DNA from: a virus
Length of the DNA stretch: 64,000 nt
Strand: one strand, 5' to 3'
IMG/VR virus record: IMGVR_UViG_3300045988_171964
A program made the position numbers and the translations under genes. Under the pieces are notes generated by a model. It was not told the origin of the DNA, ran no database searches, and saw nothing but the letters and a program-made list of their open reading frames with translations. How positions within the stretch are numbered: position 1 is the stretch's first letter; each line of letters opens with the position of its first letter. Shown here one piece after another: positions 1 to 8,907 of this stretch.

Positions 1-6
1 AGCAAC

Positions 7-519
7 ATGGTTCGTCAGGCGCTCGGAATCAACTTCGAGAACTTCCTGCAGAAAACGGAACCTCTCTACATCATTCCTCGCATCGCTTCCTGCTATGCCG
101 TGGAAGAGGATAAAGAGAAGCTGATGGGCATCGTCTATAAGGAATGGCTCAAGGACGTAGTAGAAAAAGCCTGGGTGAAACCGCTCAATGCCTACATCGA
201 AGAATACGGCGAGCGCATCGTGCTTTCTGCTATCTACTATCTCATCGACAACGGTCTGTGGGAAGTATACGAAGGTCGCCTTGCACTCGACGCACAGGAA
301 GATAATTACTACGATAAGTTGGGAGATATGCCTTCCGCTATCGAATTTGTGCAGGAACAGCAAGCTGAGGAAAAGAGGGCAGAAGAAAAGAAAGCTGCAG
401 AGGAAGCCGCCACAAAGAAAGAAGCCGCCCAACAGCAAGCCTCTGCCTCGTCACGTCCCTCTCTCGTCCCCGTTCCCAGCGATTCAATCGCTGGTCTCAA
501 GAAAAATCATTTAAAGTAA
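7..519 (+). CDS. hypothetical protein (may be 5'-truncated by window edge)
   Basis: Frame is open from nt 1. C-terminal half is E/K/A-rich. The last codons read in frame through hairpin repeat H1 (PVPSDSIAG). Confidence 0.45.
   Translation: MVRQALGINFENFLQKTEPLYIIPRIASCYAVEEDKEKLMGIVYKEWLKDVVEKAWVKPLNAYIEEYGERIVLSAIYYLIDNGLWEVYEGRLALDAQEDNYYDKLGDMPSAIEFVQEQQAEEKRAEEKKAAEEAATKKEAAQQQASASSRPSLVPVPSDSIAGLKKNHLK
470..496 (+). repeat. hairpin repeat H1
   Basis: CCGTTCCCAGCGATTCAATCGCTGGTC. The stem is CCAGCGAT/ATCGCTGG. Lies inside ORF 7..519. Confidence 0.85.
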
Positions 520-526
520 TAGCACT

Positions 527-1090
527 ATGCACATATTTAAATTAAAAGAAGGCACCAAGTCCTATGATTGGGTAAAGGACGTGATAGATAAGGAGCGAAA
601 GCAAAACGCAGAGTATTGCGATCGCATCCGCAAGGCGATACCCTTCCAGTTAACCCGAGTCATTGCCTCTTATGTAAACTCCACCTTTTCCCGAAAGTTG
701 GAAATCTACGAGTTTGTTGTTACTCCCGAGGAGTACGAAACATTGGATAAGGAAGTCTGGAACAGGACTTATAGTGATGATAATCAGTTCTGGGTAGCTC
801 CTAACCTGAATAATGAAGAGGGTAGGGCTATAAAGGAAGTGATGTCTTCATATCCTCCAGTTACTACTCACTATGATATTCTGAAGAAGTTAGGGCTGCG
901 TGCCCTCATTGCTTGCAGACCTTTCCGTCCTACCAATCTTACCACCCATGAGGGTAAGTATTATTTCGTCCTTACCGATGATTTGGTTATCAAGGATAAT
1001 GACAATAACGATGATTTGGAATTGATAACCGAGGAGGATGCCAAGCACCTCACCGGTTTCAAAGATGAGCGGGTAGATTATAGCAAATAG
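527..1090 (+). CDS. paralog family A protein, copy 1 of 3 (unknown function)
   Basis: Aligns by eye with 2637..3194 and 5765..6313. Shared features: N-terminal KxGTKxYxxxK, central LDKxxW, PNxxxxxGxA, SY. Starts 7 nt after the upstream stop. Confidence 0.6.
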   Translation: MHIFKLKEGTKSYDWVKDVIDKERKQNAEYCDRIRKAIPFQLTRVIASYVNSTFSRKLEIYEFVVTPEEYETLDKEVWNRTYSDDNQFWVAPNLNNEEGRAIKEVMSSYPPVTTHYDILKKLGLRALIACRPFRPTNLTTHEGKYYFVLTDDLVIKDNDNNDDLELITEEDAKHLTGFKDERVDYSK

Positions 1091-1093
1091 CGC

Positions 1094-1324
1094 ATGACAA
1101 ACAAAGACTTTTTTGATGTGTATCGCGGGAAGCCAGCCCTTTATAAGGGAAAAGATATTGGCGCATACGTAGCAGGGTATGTCGGTGAGAAGTATATCAT
1201 CTTAGGATTTCACGATTATACAGGCTGCATCCTGAGATTTACGGCAAGAGTCAATAAAACACTCGATGTAGTATACACCTCATACCGATTTGCTAAATTG
1301 AAGTATGTAGAGGTAGTAAGTTAA
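1094..1324 (+). CDS. hypothetical protein
   Basis: ORF in a tightly packed co-directional block. The TAGCGCATG junction links it to the upstream gene. Confidence 0.5.
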   Translation: MTNKDFFDVYRGKPALYKGKDIGAYVAGYVGEKYIILGFHDYTGCILRFTARVNKTLDVVYTSYRFAKLKYVEVVS

Positions 1325-1338
1325 AAAGAAATAGTAGT

Positions 1339-1566
1339 ATGAAGATAAAAATTTTTTCACTTTATTTCCCCAGATTCTTTTATGGGGATGTGGACCCTCA
1401 ATCGAGCCTTGCGTATAGAAAAAGGTACTTCATCATGTACAAAAAGCATTGGTGGCAAAGATATAAATACTTTAATGATTATTTCGGCCGCCCCATGAAG
1501 TTTGACAGCCAAAAGGAAGCCGAAGAATTTCTTGAAAGAAATGGTATAGAATATAAAGGTAAATAG
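1339..1566 (+). CDS. hypothetical protein
   Basis: ORF in a tightly packed co-directional block. No motif recognised. Confidence 0.45.
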   Translation: MKIKIFSLYFPRFFYGDVDPQSSLAYRKRYFIMYKKHWWQRYKYFNDYFGRPMKFDSQKEAEEFLERNGIEYKGK

Positions 1567-1568
1567 CT

Positions 1569-2003
1569 ATGGCAGAAAAGAAAATATTAACCATTCATCT
1601 TACTGATGAGTGGTACCAGAAGATAGCTAGCGGAGAGAAGACAGAGGAGTATCGGGAATGCTCTTTATACTGGACGATTCGTTTATTTAGAAAGGATATA
1701 CCGAATAGACCAGACTTGATAGCTGGTGTAGCCAAATATCATCGTGCTTCCGATAGAGGCCTTTTCGTGCAAGGTTATCTCACCGGAGGTCTCAAACATA
1801 CTTCGGACAGTCCGGAAGATAGAACTTACCGCAAGGAGGTATTAGAGCCTTTCACACACGTTCATTTTCTCCTCGGTTACCCGAAAGATAACCAACCGTA
1901 TATCGAGAAGGAAATCGACGAGATAACTGTAGATAAACCGAAGAATGGCATGTGCCCTGATGCGTGGTTAAAAAAGAATATGTTCGTAATCAGATTCAAA
2001 TAG
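1569..2003 (+). CDS. ASCH-domain-like protein
   Basis: The N-terminus ILTIHLTDEWYQKIASGEKTEEYRE resembles the ASCH fold signature (beta strand, then xxxGxKTxExR). Size is about 140 aa. Confidence 0.45.
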   Translation: MAEKKILTIHLTDEWYQKIASGEKTEEYRECSLYWTIRLFRKDIPNRPDLIAGVAKYHRASDRGLFVQGYLTGGLKHTSDSPEDRTYRKEVLEPFTHVHFLLGYPKDNQPYIEKEIDEITVDKPKNGMCPDAWLKKNMFVIRFK

Positions 2004-2006
2004 CTT

Positions 2007-2144
2007 ATGGCAAAGAAAGAAAAGAAATGTTGCGGTAACTGCTACTGGTTCGACAATGAGGATGCCTATGGCCAGGGCTGGTGCATTGATTCGCAAGGCG
2101 AAACGTCATGTGATTTGGTTTGTAATAATCATTTAAATAGATAA
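2007..2144 (+). CDS. small Cys-rich protein (45 aa, below ORF-track cutoff)
   Basis: Hand translation: MAKKEKKCCGNCYWFDNEDAYGQGWCIDSQGETSCDLVCNNHLNR. Paralog of the next ORF. Abuts the neighbouring genes. Confidence 0.5.
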   Translation: MAKKEKKCCGNCYWFDNEDAYGQGWCIDSQGETSCDLVCNNHLNR

Positions 2145-2148
2145 GCGT

Positions 2149-2286
2149 ATGCCCGATGAAGTAGATCAGTTCTGCGGTAACTGTTTTTGGTACAGTGTCG
2201 ACGATGACCATCGTGCCTCTGCATGGTGTGTTAAACATAATGACAAAACATCATGTTTTAATGTTTGTAAAGATCATAAATTTTAA
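2149..2286 (+). CDS. small Cys-rich protein, tandem paralog (45 aa)
   Basis: Hand translation: MPDEVDQFCGNCFWYSVDDDHRASAWCVKHNDKTSCFNVCKDHKF. Same CGNC(Y/F)W...WC...SC...C spacing as 2007..2144. The junction is TAAGCGTATG. Confidence 0.5.
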   Translation: MPDEVDQFCGNCFWYSVDDDHRASAWCVKHNDKTSCFNVCKDHKF

Positions 2287-2303
2287 TTAGTGTATAGAAA
2301 CAA

Positions 2304-2429
2304 ATGTTATATATTGGTTATCCTCAGAGTATTTATAAGTGTCCGGAGCCTATAGAGATGATGATTTCTACTCCTAAAGACTTCGGGCAGTATATACAGA
2401 ATAAACGTAATAGGAGAAGAAAGAAATGA
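2304..2429 (+). CDS. possible small basic protein (41 aa)
   Basis: Hand translation: MLYIGYPQSIYKCPEPIEMMISTPKDFGQYIQNKRNRRRKK. ATGA stop-start overlap with the next ORF. Confidence 0.3.
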   Translation: MLYIGYPQSIYKCPEPIEMMISTPKDFGQYIQNKRNRRRKK

Positions 2430-2683
2430 CGTTAGAGTTATCGACGGAGGAAAAGATCATCGTAACCATGCTTTGGGTATTTGCGATATTCTTCCTGGTG
2501 TTGGTTTCCGGAATATTTGAAGGTGGGCATGAGCCTATAAAGCCGCCGAATATCCCGCCACCGCCGCCTCCATCTCGCCCTCATCCTCTGCTATTCCGTC
2601 GCAGATTAAGAGTAAGAACTAAAAAACGAAGAAGATATGTTGTACGAAGCAAAACAAGGAACAAAGACTTACGAATACATTAA
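2426..2683 (+). CDS. possible small membrane protein with Pro-rich and basic tail
   Basis: One hydrophobic helix (IIVTMLWVFAIFFLVLVSGIF), a PPPPPP run and an Arg/Lys tail. Overlaps the next gene by 47 nt. Confidence 0.35.
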   Translation: MTLELSTEEKIIVTMLWVFAIFFLVLVSGIFEGGHEPIKPPNIPPPPPPSRPHPLLFRRRLRVRTKKRRRYVVRSKTRNKDLRIH

Positions 2684-3194
2684 GGGTATTGTCGAAGCTG
2701 AATTGCAAGAACGTGTAAACTACAAGAAGCGAATAGTGGAAGCTATCGGTTCTGATTTCGATAAAGATATACACGTTGAGGAAAATTGGTTTCTCACTCG
2801 CCGATTTAGAATCGAGAAGATACTGGTAACGCTAGAGCAACGGGCTAAATTAGATAAGAGAGCCTGGGTGAAAATTCTTACTCATCGTTTTCCGAGCGGC
2901 GTTTATCATTACTTGATTCCCAACCAAAAGACAGAGCAGGGTAGGGCTGTTCAGCAGGTGCTTGACTCGTATAACCCTGTAGCAGGTTTCAATGATATAA
3001 GAATAGGTTTGAACCTCACAGAGCCAGTGAATAGACCGATTTGGCCGTTTAAACTCTATTTTTTCAGAAGCCGCGTCTTCTTCTATGTGGATGAGCCAAG
3101 CATGAGGTTTAGAGAAAAAGATGAAACTTTGAAAGAAATTTCCTGGCATCAGTTCCATCTTGATTTCTATGATGAATTAAATGAAATGAGATAA
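2637..3194 (+). CDS. paralog family A protein, copy 2 of 3
   Basis: The N-terminus MLYEAKQGTKTYEYIKGIVEAE is nearly identical to that of 5765..6313. Confidence 0.6.
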   Translation: MLYEAKQGTKTYEYIKGIVEAELQERVNYKKRIVEAIGSDFDKDIHVEENWFLTRRFRIEKILVTLEQRAKLDKRAWVKILTHRFPSGVYHYLIPNQKTEQGRAVQQVLDSYNPVAGFNDIRIGLNLTEPVNRPIWPFKLYFFRSRVFFYVDEPSMRFREKDETLKEISWHQFHLDFYDELNEMR

Positions 3195-3216
3195 ACAAAT
3201 AAAAACATTAAAGATT

Positions 3217-3480
3217 ATGGCATGTAATTGTATTAGCAGAGTTGAGAAAATGGTTAAGGAGAAGACCAACGAGAGTGGTTGCCTTGATACAAGTATCGGT
3301 ATTCCATCGGGCATTGCGATGGTGAATGTTTATGGTTTATTCCATAAACAGAAGAAAGATGGCTCTTTCTGCGAAAAGTGGAACCAGGTAAACATCCTAC
3401 CCGAGTATTGCCCTTTCTGTGGCAAGAAGTATGTGGAGGATAAGAAAGAAGATGTTCAACAGAAAGAAACTGAGAAGTAG
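3217..3480 (+). CDS. hypothetical protein, possible zinc-ribbon
   Basis: CxC near the N-terminus and CPFC near the C-terminus. The leader is of the TTAAAGATTATGGCA type. Confidence 0.45.
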   Translation: MACNCISRVEKMVKEKTNESGCLDTSIGIPSGIAMVNVYGLFHKQKKDGSFCEKWNQVNILPEYCPFCGKKYVEDKKEDVQQKETEK

Positions 3481-3483
3481 CGT

Positions 3484-4101
3484 ATGATAAGATATTATGA
3501 AGATGAAGAGAATGCGGATCATTCCTTTATTCATCTGATGTTAAATACAGATTGTGATAATCATTGCATTTTGTGCTGTAATGACCAATATGATTTAAGT
3601 TCTGTTCCGGTTGTAACGGTTGAGGAACTTAACAACGCAAAAACCGTGTTGCTGACAGGTGGTGAACCTTTCAAAATTCCATACTTTGCAGATTTCGTGC
3701 AAAATCTGCGCGGCCAGTATAAAAACATAGAAAACCTTTATGTTTATACTTCGGGATATTCTATGTACCACAACGTAGAACAATGGAACAAAAATGAGGT
3801 TTATACCGATATAGATGGCGTAAACATCTCACCTAAAGGAACCAATCGTGAGCGTTGGGCTATACAAGGCATGTTGGGAAAGAATGCACTGGATGTTTTC
3901 TTTCATATATTTGCCTCCATGAAAAGCTGCAGGCTTATCTTAATGGACCGTAAGGAGGAAAATGACGAGCTTCTTTCTACATTGAATCTCCAACAATTCA
4001 TAGATCTTGGGGTTCGTTTCGATGTAGAGTATCGTGATTGGCAGAACGAGTTCCAGCCTAATGGAGGGGTGTGGAGAAGATTACCTATATTGTTAAATTA
4101 A
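3484..4101 (+). CDS. radical SAM domain protein
   Basis: CDNHCILC is a CxxxCxxC cluster near the N-terminus, followed by LLTGGEPF (GGEP SAM-binding motif). Length is 205 aa. Confidence 0.6.
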   Translation: MIRYYEDEENADHSFIHLMLNTDCDNHCILCCNDQYDLSSVPVVTVEELNNAKTVLLTGGEPFKIPYFADFVQNLRGQYKNIENLYVYTSGYSMYHNVEQWNKNEVYTDIDGVNISPKGTNRERWAIQGMLGKNALDVFFHIFASMKSCRLILMDRKEENDELLSTLNLQQFIDLGVRFDVEYRDWQNEFQPNGGVWRRLPILLN

Positions 4102-4112
4102 AAAAATAGCGT

Positions 4113-4598
4113 ATGGATTTGAAAGATATTAAGTTTAGGGCAAAGCGCAAGGATACGTTGGATTGGGTGTATGGCCTCCCTGCTCCTGGCAATGCTTATC
4201 CTGGTGCATCTTGCATTCTGACATTTGAATCGCGTAAGGATTTACCTAAAAATGCGGTTTTCCTTGGGTGCGGCTTTATCCCGGTATTAAGTTATACCAT
4301 TTGCCAATATACGGGGATGAAAGATATGTATGGTGCAGAGATTTGGGAGCATGATTTACTTAAAGACGAAAAAACGTCTGGTATATACGAGGTGGTTTAC
4401 TTTAATGGTACATTCGTCTTTCTGAACGAAAGTGATATTTTTCAACCGGAAGGCTACCCCTGCTACAAGAAAGTGGACCATAATGTAATTCGTGATATGT
4501 TTGTTGTCGGGTCAGCCCTTGATGGAGATAGTAGCCGCGATATTCAGGAACTTTGTTCTCGTCTTGCCTCCCGTGGTTTTATCGCAGTTCAAAAGTAA
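4113..4598 (+). CDS. YopX-like protein
   Basis: The IKFRAKRKDTLDWVYG start and overall size resemble the YopX family. The call is weak. Confidence 0.4.
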   Translation: MDLKDIKFRAKRKDTLDWVYGLPAPGNAYPGASCILTFESRKDLPKNAVFLGCGFIPVLSYTICQYTGMKDMYGAEIWEHDLLKDEKTSGIYEVVYFNGTFVFLNESDIFQPEGYPCYKKVDHNVIRDMFVVGSALDGDSSRDIQELCSRLASRGFIAVQK

Positions 4599-4617
4599 TA
4601 ATCAAAAAACAAAGAAA

Positions 4618-5376
4618 ATGAAAGTATTGAGATTTTTGAAACGGGTGGGTATCGTTGCGATACCAATTCTTGCCGTGATTATGGTAACACTGGTCTTTTA
4701 TGGTATATTGACGTTAGCTTCTAATACAGTTCATCTTGGCAAGCTATATCTAGAACTGTTCTTATCTGATAAGATGTTAGCTGCGTATTGGATTTTTGCG
4801 AGTATAGCCGTTTCCTTTATGATATACCCTAGTCTGATTAATTGGACGAAAGCGAAAATCCGTCAAATGGATGCAGAGGAATCCAAAGCTGATGAGCAGA
4901 AAGGCAACAAGAGTGAACATGCCAGTAATGTCAAAGTCTACTCTTTTGTCCAACTTTCACATCAGCTGCAAGATTGGTACAACGTTCGCAGATATTTAAT
5001 GACTGAAAACCTGGAGACTGAAGTTTACGGCACCTTGCATCTTGATATACCAAAACAACATGCGAAGGAAAGTGATCCGTTCTGGAAAGATTGCGATGCC
5101 TTCATTTGGGCGGTCTTTGTAGATGATTGTGCAAGGAAGGCTGGTGTCGCTCGAAAAATGATGCGAGAAGCCGAGGTAGTGTGTGTTATGGAAAGATGTC
5201 TTACTGTCGGATTGCGTTGGGACGACCGCGAAAGCGAACCTTGGGTGTTAGACTGGTACACGCGCAGTGGGTATAAGGAAAAAAGAGTGGAAGAGGATGG
5301 TCACGCTCATTTCCTTGTTAAAGACTTGAGCGATAAATATAACTTGCGTTCATCTTCTAAGCGATTTTTTCGATAA
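4618..5376 (+). CDS. membrane-anchored GNAT-like acetyltransferase
   Basis: The internal ATG at 4618 follows the upstream stop (4598). The N-terminus has two or more hydrophobic helices. The C-terminus AVFVDDCARKAGVARKMMREAE...WYTRSGY looks like GNAT motif A. Confidence 0.45.
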   Translation: MKVLRFLKRVGIVAIPILAVIMVTLVFYGILTLASNTVHLGKLYLELFLSDKMLAAYWIFASIAVSFMIYPSLINWTKAKIRQMDAEESKADEQKGNKSEHASNVKVYSFVQLSHQLQDWYNVRRYLMTENLETEVYGTLHLDIPKQHAKESDPFWKDCDAFIWAVFVDDCARKAGVARKMMREAEVVCVMERCLTVGLRWDDRESEPWVLDWYTRSGYKEKRVEEDGHAHFLVKDLSDKYNLRSSSKRFFR

Positions 5377-5428
5377 TGCAAAAAAGATTAGTTGATAGTT
5401 ATTAAAACAAATAAAAATATTAAAGATT

Positions 5429-5734
5429 ATGGCAGAAAAAACAAAGCAGCAGAATGCAGAGAATGACTCAGAAGAAGAGGAGCTTGGCAAGCAGATTTTG
5501 CAGCTCAACCTTTCCTATCACGAGATGAAGGATGACAAGTTTACCGTCAAGGTAACTTGCGAGAAGGATGGCAAGGAGTCTGACCTAAACATCCTCACCG
5601 ATGATGATTCCATCGGTATGGTATATCAGGGAATGAAAATCGCCATGGGTACCGTGGCCCGCTTCTACCTGATGAGCCTTTTGAATAAAGGCACAATCAC
5701 TCAGGAGGAGTATGATAAAATGGTGAGTAAATAA
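5429..5734 (+). CDS. acidic hypothetical protein
   Basis: ORF with a TTAAAGATTATGGCA-type leader. The N-terminus is Glu/Asp-rich. Confidence 0.5.
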   Translation: MAEKTKQQNAENDSEEEELGKQILQLNLSYHEMKDDKFTVKVTCEKDGKESDLNILTDDDSIGMVYQGMKIAMGTVARFYLMSLLNKGTITQEEYDKMVSK

Positions 5735-5764
5735 TACATGTTTTTAGAAACAAAAAAATAGCGT

Positions 5765-6313
5765 ATGTTATACGAAGCTAAACAAGGATCAAAAGCTTGT
5801 GAATACATTAAGGGTATTCTCGAGGCCGAAGAAAAAGAATACCAATCCTACATGAAAAGAGTGGAAGAAGCCGTCGGCTTTGAGTTCGAGAAGTATCAAG
5901 GCTATCAGCCTAACCGCAGTCTGCTGCGAGAGTACGAGATAACCGCCATCTGGTTGCCGACTGCGCAATATGAAAAGCTGGATAAGAAGTTATGGCGAGA
6001 GGTAAATAGCCAGTTGTTTGGTGATGGCCGTTACGTTTGCGTAGCGCCTAACAAGCGATACAAGCAGGGTAAGGCTATCGCCGCCGTACTTGCCTCCTAT
6101 AAAGCTGTAACCAATCATTTCAAGATATTGAAGGAGTTGGGCATAGGGGGTTCTCAAGGTAACTCTATCTCCATCACTCAGCTTCTCCGCTGCAAAGACC
6201 GTATTTTCGCCTTCTTCGATGATGGCATTCGAGCCGAGAAGTGCAACTCTGATTTCACAGAAATCACGATTAGTGAATATGAGGATCTTATTAATAGTAG
6301 CAAAGAAGGATGA
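5765..6313 (+). CDS. paralog family A protein, copy 3 of 3
   Basis: MLYEAKQGSKACEYIKGILEAE start. Preceded by AAAAAAATAGCGTATG. Confidence 0.6.
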   Translation: MLYEAKQGSKACEYIKGILEAEEKEYQSYMKRVEEAVGFEFEKYQGYQPNRSLLREYEITAIWLPTAQYEKLDKKLWREVNSQLFGDGRYVCVAPNKRYKQGKAIAAVLASYKAVTNHFKILKELGIGGSQGNSISITQLLRCKDRIFAFFDDGIRAEKCNSDFTEITISEYEDLINSSKEG

Positions 6314-6317
6314 TCGT

Positions 6318-6776
6318 ATGAAGATAAATATGAATCAGGTGAAGGAGAGGATAGCAGGCTTTATCTTTGACCTTATCATAGAATCGGGCAGTAAGTCTAA
6401 ATTCTTCCGTAAGTACACCAACCATCGTTTCCGTAAGCAGTACGAACGATGGGGGGGAAATGCCGCTTATAGAATATACAAACGCAATAACGATTTGGAA
6501 AAAGAGATAAGTGAGCTGCGTGAAGAGATTAATACTTTGAAGCGTAGACTTCGGGGGGCTTATAATAAGATAAAAGTCGTAGCTACAGAGTACCCTAAGA
6601 ACATCCCGTGTCCTCACGGAGAAAAAGATGAGATAAACCAAGACCTTATCAGAACAGATTCCTTAGAATGCTGGGGCTGCCCAGGTTTCGTATGTAGAAT
6701 ACCTGAAAATGGTACCATCATCTGTTGGAATAAAAACTTTGAACAGAGTGAAGATTTAGAAAATAAACAAAAATAG
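6318..6776 (+). CDS. hypothetical coiled-coil / Cys-containing protein
   Basis: The ATG at 6318 lies 5 nt after the upstream stop (TGATCGTATG). Contains a heptad-like stretch and a CPHG...CWGCPGFVC segment. Also contains G7 (6451-6457) and G6 tracts. Confidence 0.5.
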   Translation: MKINMNQVKERIAGFIFDLIIESGSKSKFFRKYTNHRFRKQYERWGGNAAYRIYKRNNDLEKEISELREEINTLKRRLRGAYNKIKVVATEYPKNIPCPHGEKDEINQDLIRTDSLECWGCPGFVCRIPENGTIICWNKNFEQSEDLENKQK

Positions 6777-6779
6777 CGT

Positions 6780-7574
6780 ATGGAAACAGAAGAATATGTA
6801 AGCATCATCAAGAATATGCTAAAGTTTAGCAATATGGTGGAATGCGTTTTTCCCGACCAATATAAGTTTGTCTGTCATCTGCATAATATTCAGGAGCGTG
6901 AAGCGATGGATATGTACGGTGATCTGCGTAAGATAGCTTCGGGCCAGTATTGGAGTATCAAAGATAAGAAGGACGGGTATCTTTATTCCATGATAAACAT
7001 GGCGTTGGAAGCTAGCAAGATTCAAGTCTTCAACTCTCTCATCAAAGATACCGCAGCCATTGGCGAGGATAGAAAGCCAAATATCCTTGCGTTCTTTAAA
7101 AGAGGCGATGAGCGTTTTTCGCAGGAGTTTGATTTGCAATGGCAGGTTGCATATCTTGATATAGCCGAAATGATAAAGAACGGCTATACGCTAACGGCTA
7201 CCGCCCGCCAGGTAGATAATGTTGATGCCAAAGATTACGTAGGCGAGAATAATGGCAAGAAATCATATATTCCTATTTACGATGGTGATGTAATGCTTTG
7301 CTATGTAAGAAATCCGAAATGGTGGAGTTCTGATTGTAAGAATAGCGGTCTGTACCTATGCAAGGATGGTGTTTACTATCGTCTCATCTATACCCCAGGT
7401 AAAGGTTATATCAGACACGGTGAACCTGATACTGACGAAGCCTTCGAGTTGGATATCGAAGAGAATGCTTTCAGCAGCTATGTGATGACTCTCAGCCAGA
7501 AGTGGTATAAGCTTGGTAATATCCACGCTGGTATCGGATTCTTGATTGAAAAGCCAGAAGATAAAAAAGAATAG
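6780..7574 (+). CDS. hypothetical protein
   Basis: 264-aa ORF with a TAGCGTATG junction. Confidence 0.55.
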   Translation: METEEYVSIIKNMLKFSNMVECVFPDQYKFVCHLHNIQEREAMDMYGDLRKIASGQYWSIKDKKDGYLYSMINMALEASKIQVFNSLIKDTAAIGEDRKPNILAFFKRGDERFSQEFDLQWQVAYLDIAEMIKNGYTLTATARQVDNVDAKDYVGENNGKKSYIPIYDGDVMLCYVRNPKWWSSDCKNSGLYLCKDGVYYRLIYTPGKGYIRHGEPDTDEAFELDIEENAFSSYVMTLSQKWYKLGNIHAGIGFLIEKPEDKKE

Positions 7575-7577
7575 CGT

Positions 7578-7907
7578 ATGACAAAGCAAGAATTGTTATC
7601 TACCCCTGCCTTTAAAAATGCAAGGGATGATGCTTTTATCTATTTCGTCGGCAAGCTCCACAGTATCTACCGAGCGCGAACCGTTTACTTTACAGCTCCA
7701 AAACGTGAATTTCAGACGAATGACAGGCTTCGTCTCGGTCTATTCGGACCGCCGATAACCAAAGGTAGATTAATGGCTAACCTGTCATTTCGCCACACCA
7801 TGCCCCATAAGACAATCTGCGTTATGTTTCCCGATTATTGGTACGATTTGGGAGACTGCAACGTAGAGATAGATAGTAATGGCGATATTGTGATAACAGA
7901 AAAATAA
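7578..7907 (+). CDS. hypothetical protein
   Basis: 109-aa ORF with a TAGCGTATG junction. Confidence 0.5.
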   Translation: MTKQELLSTPAFKNARDDAFIYFVGKLHSIYRARTVYFTAPKREFQTNDRLRLGLFGPPITKGRLMANLSFRHTMPHKTICVMFPDYWYDLGDCNVEIDSNGDIVITEK

Positions 7908-7917
7908 AAAGTAGCGT

Positions 7918-8907
7918 ATGAAAACAGAAACGAAAGAAACTCCTGTAAAGGGAGCATTGATTTACCAGCCGCAGGGCGCGGCTGGTGAATATGCCAAGTG
8001 GGCAATCAATTTATACCATGGTTGCTCTAACGGCTGCACATATTGTTATAACCGCAGAGGAGTATTGAGCCATGTCTTCGGCGATAAGCCGGAACTGGCA
8101 GCACCTATCATCAGGCAGCGCGATAAGTTGCTCAATGAATATCTGAAGAAAAACAATATGACTGCACATGATGCTATCAAGAAAGGTATTGTGAACCATG
8201 AAGGTCTTATGGCTGCCCTTGATCTTATTTCGAGGGATTTAGAGAAGATAGGAATAGATAAAATACGTCAAGATGGCGGTATCTTCTTCTCTTTCACTTG
8301 CGACCCATTCGATATAGAGGCAGATATGTTTATCCTGCAGCAGGTGGTTTTACATTTGCTATTTGATCGTATTCCGGTTACGATATTAACAAAAAACGTA
8401 AATTGGATGCAGATGGGTTTGTGGAAGAGTACACTTCGAGACCTTTCAACAGATTATAAAGATATAGCCCGCCACCTTACCATCGGTTTCACTATCACCG
8501 GCAAAGATAAGTTGGAGCCTGGTGCTCCTTCTACCGAGGAACGTATCGAAGCTTTGCGTGAGCTGCACGACAAATATGTGGTTAAGAATTTTGTATCTCT
8601 AGAGCCGATAACAAGTATTCATACTGCATCGGAAGTAATCAAGAAAACATACAAGATTACGGACGAGATACGCATCGGTGCTCAATCTCCTATCAAGAAA
8701 GATAGATATGATCCCAACGAGTTTGTCGGTTTTATTGTTGCGGTTAAAACCCTGGCACGCGGTCTTGATTGCCGTTTTATGGTAAAGGACAGCATGTATA
8801 AGCAGGCAGAAACTTTTGAAGGTGCTTATCGAGATTTGTGTGTCAGAAATCTTGATGAAATAAAAAAGATTTATGAATCAAAACAAAAAGAAAATGATGA
8901 AAAGTAA
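7918..8907 (+). CDS. radical SAM protein (SplB / DNA-photolyase-like class)
   Basis: LYHGCSNGCTYCYN is a CxxxCxYCY cluster, as seen in the spore-photoproduct-lyase-like radical SAM group. Length is 329 aa. Confidence 0.55.
   Translation: MKTETKETPVKGALIYQPQGAAGEYAKWAINLYHGCSNGCTYCYNRRGVLSHVFGDKPELAAPIIRQRDKLLNEYLKKNNMTAHDAIKKGIVNHEGLMAALDLISRDLEKIGIDKIRQDGGIFFSFTCDPFDIEADMFILQQVVLHLLFDRIPVTILTKNVNWMQMGLWKSTLRDLSTDYKDIARHLTIGFTITGKDKLEPGAPSTEERIEALRELHDKYVVKNFVSLEPITSIHTASEVIKKTYKITDEIRIGAQSPIKKDRYDPNEFVGFIVAVKTLARGLDCRFMVKDSMYKQAETFEGAYRDLCVRNLDEIKKIYESKQKENDEK

Noticed and set aside
2005-2238. 77-aa minus-strand ORF
   Set aside because: It is antisense to two plus-strand small paralogous Cys-rich ORFs that fit the local gene packing and junction motif. 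It is the only minus-strand ORF in a 13-kb plus-strand block.
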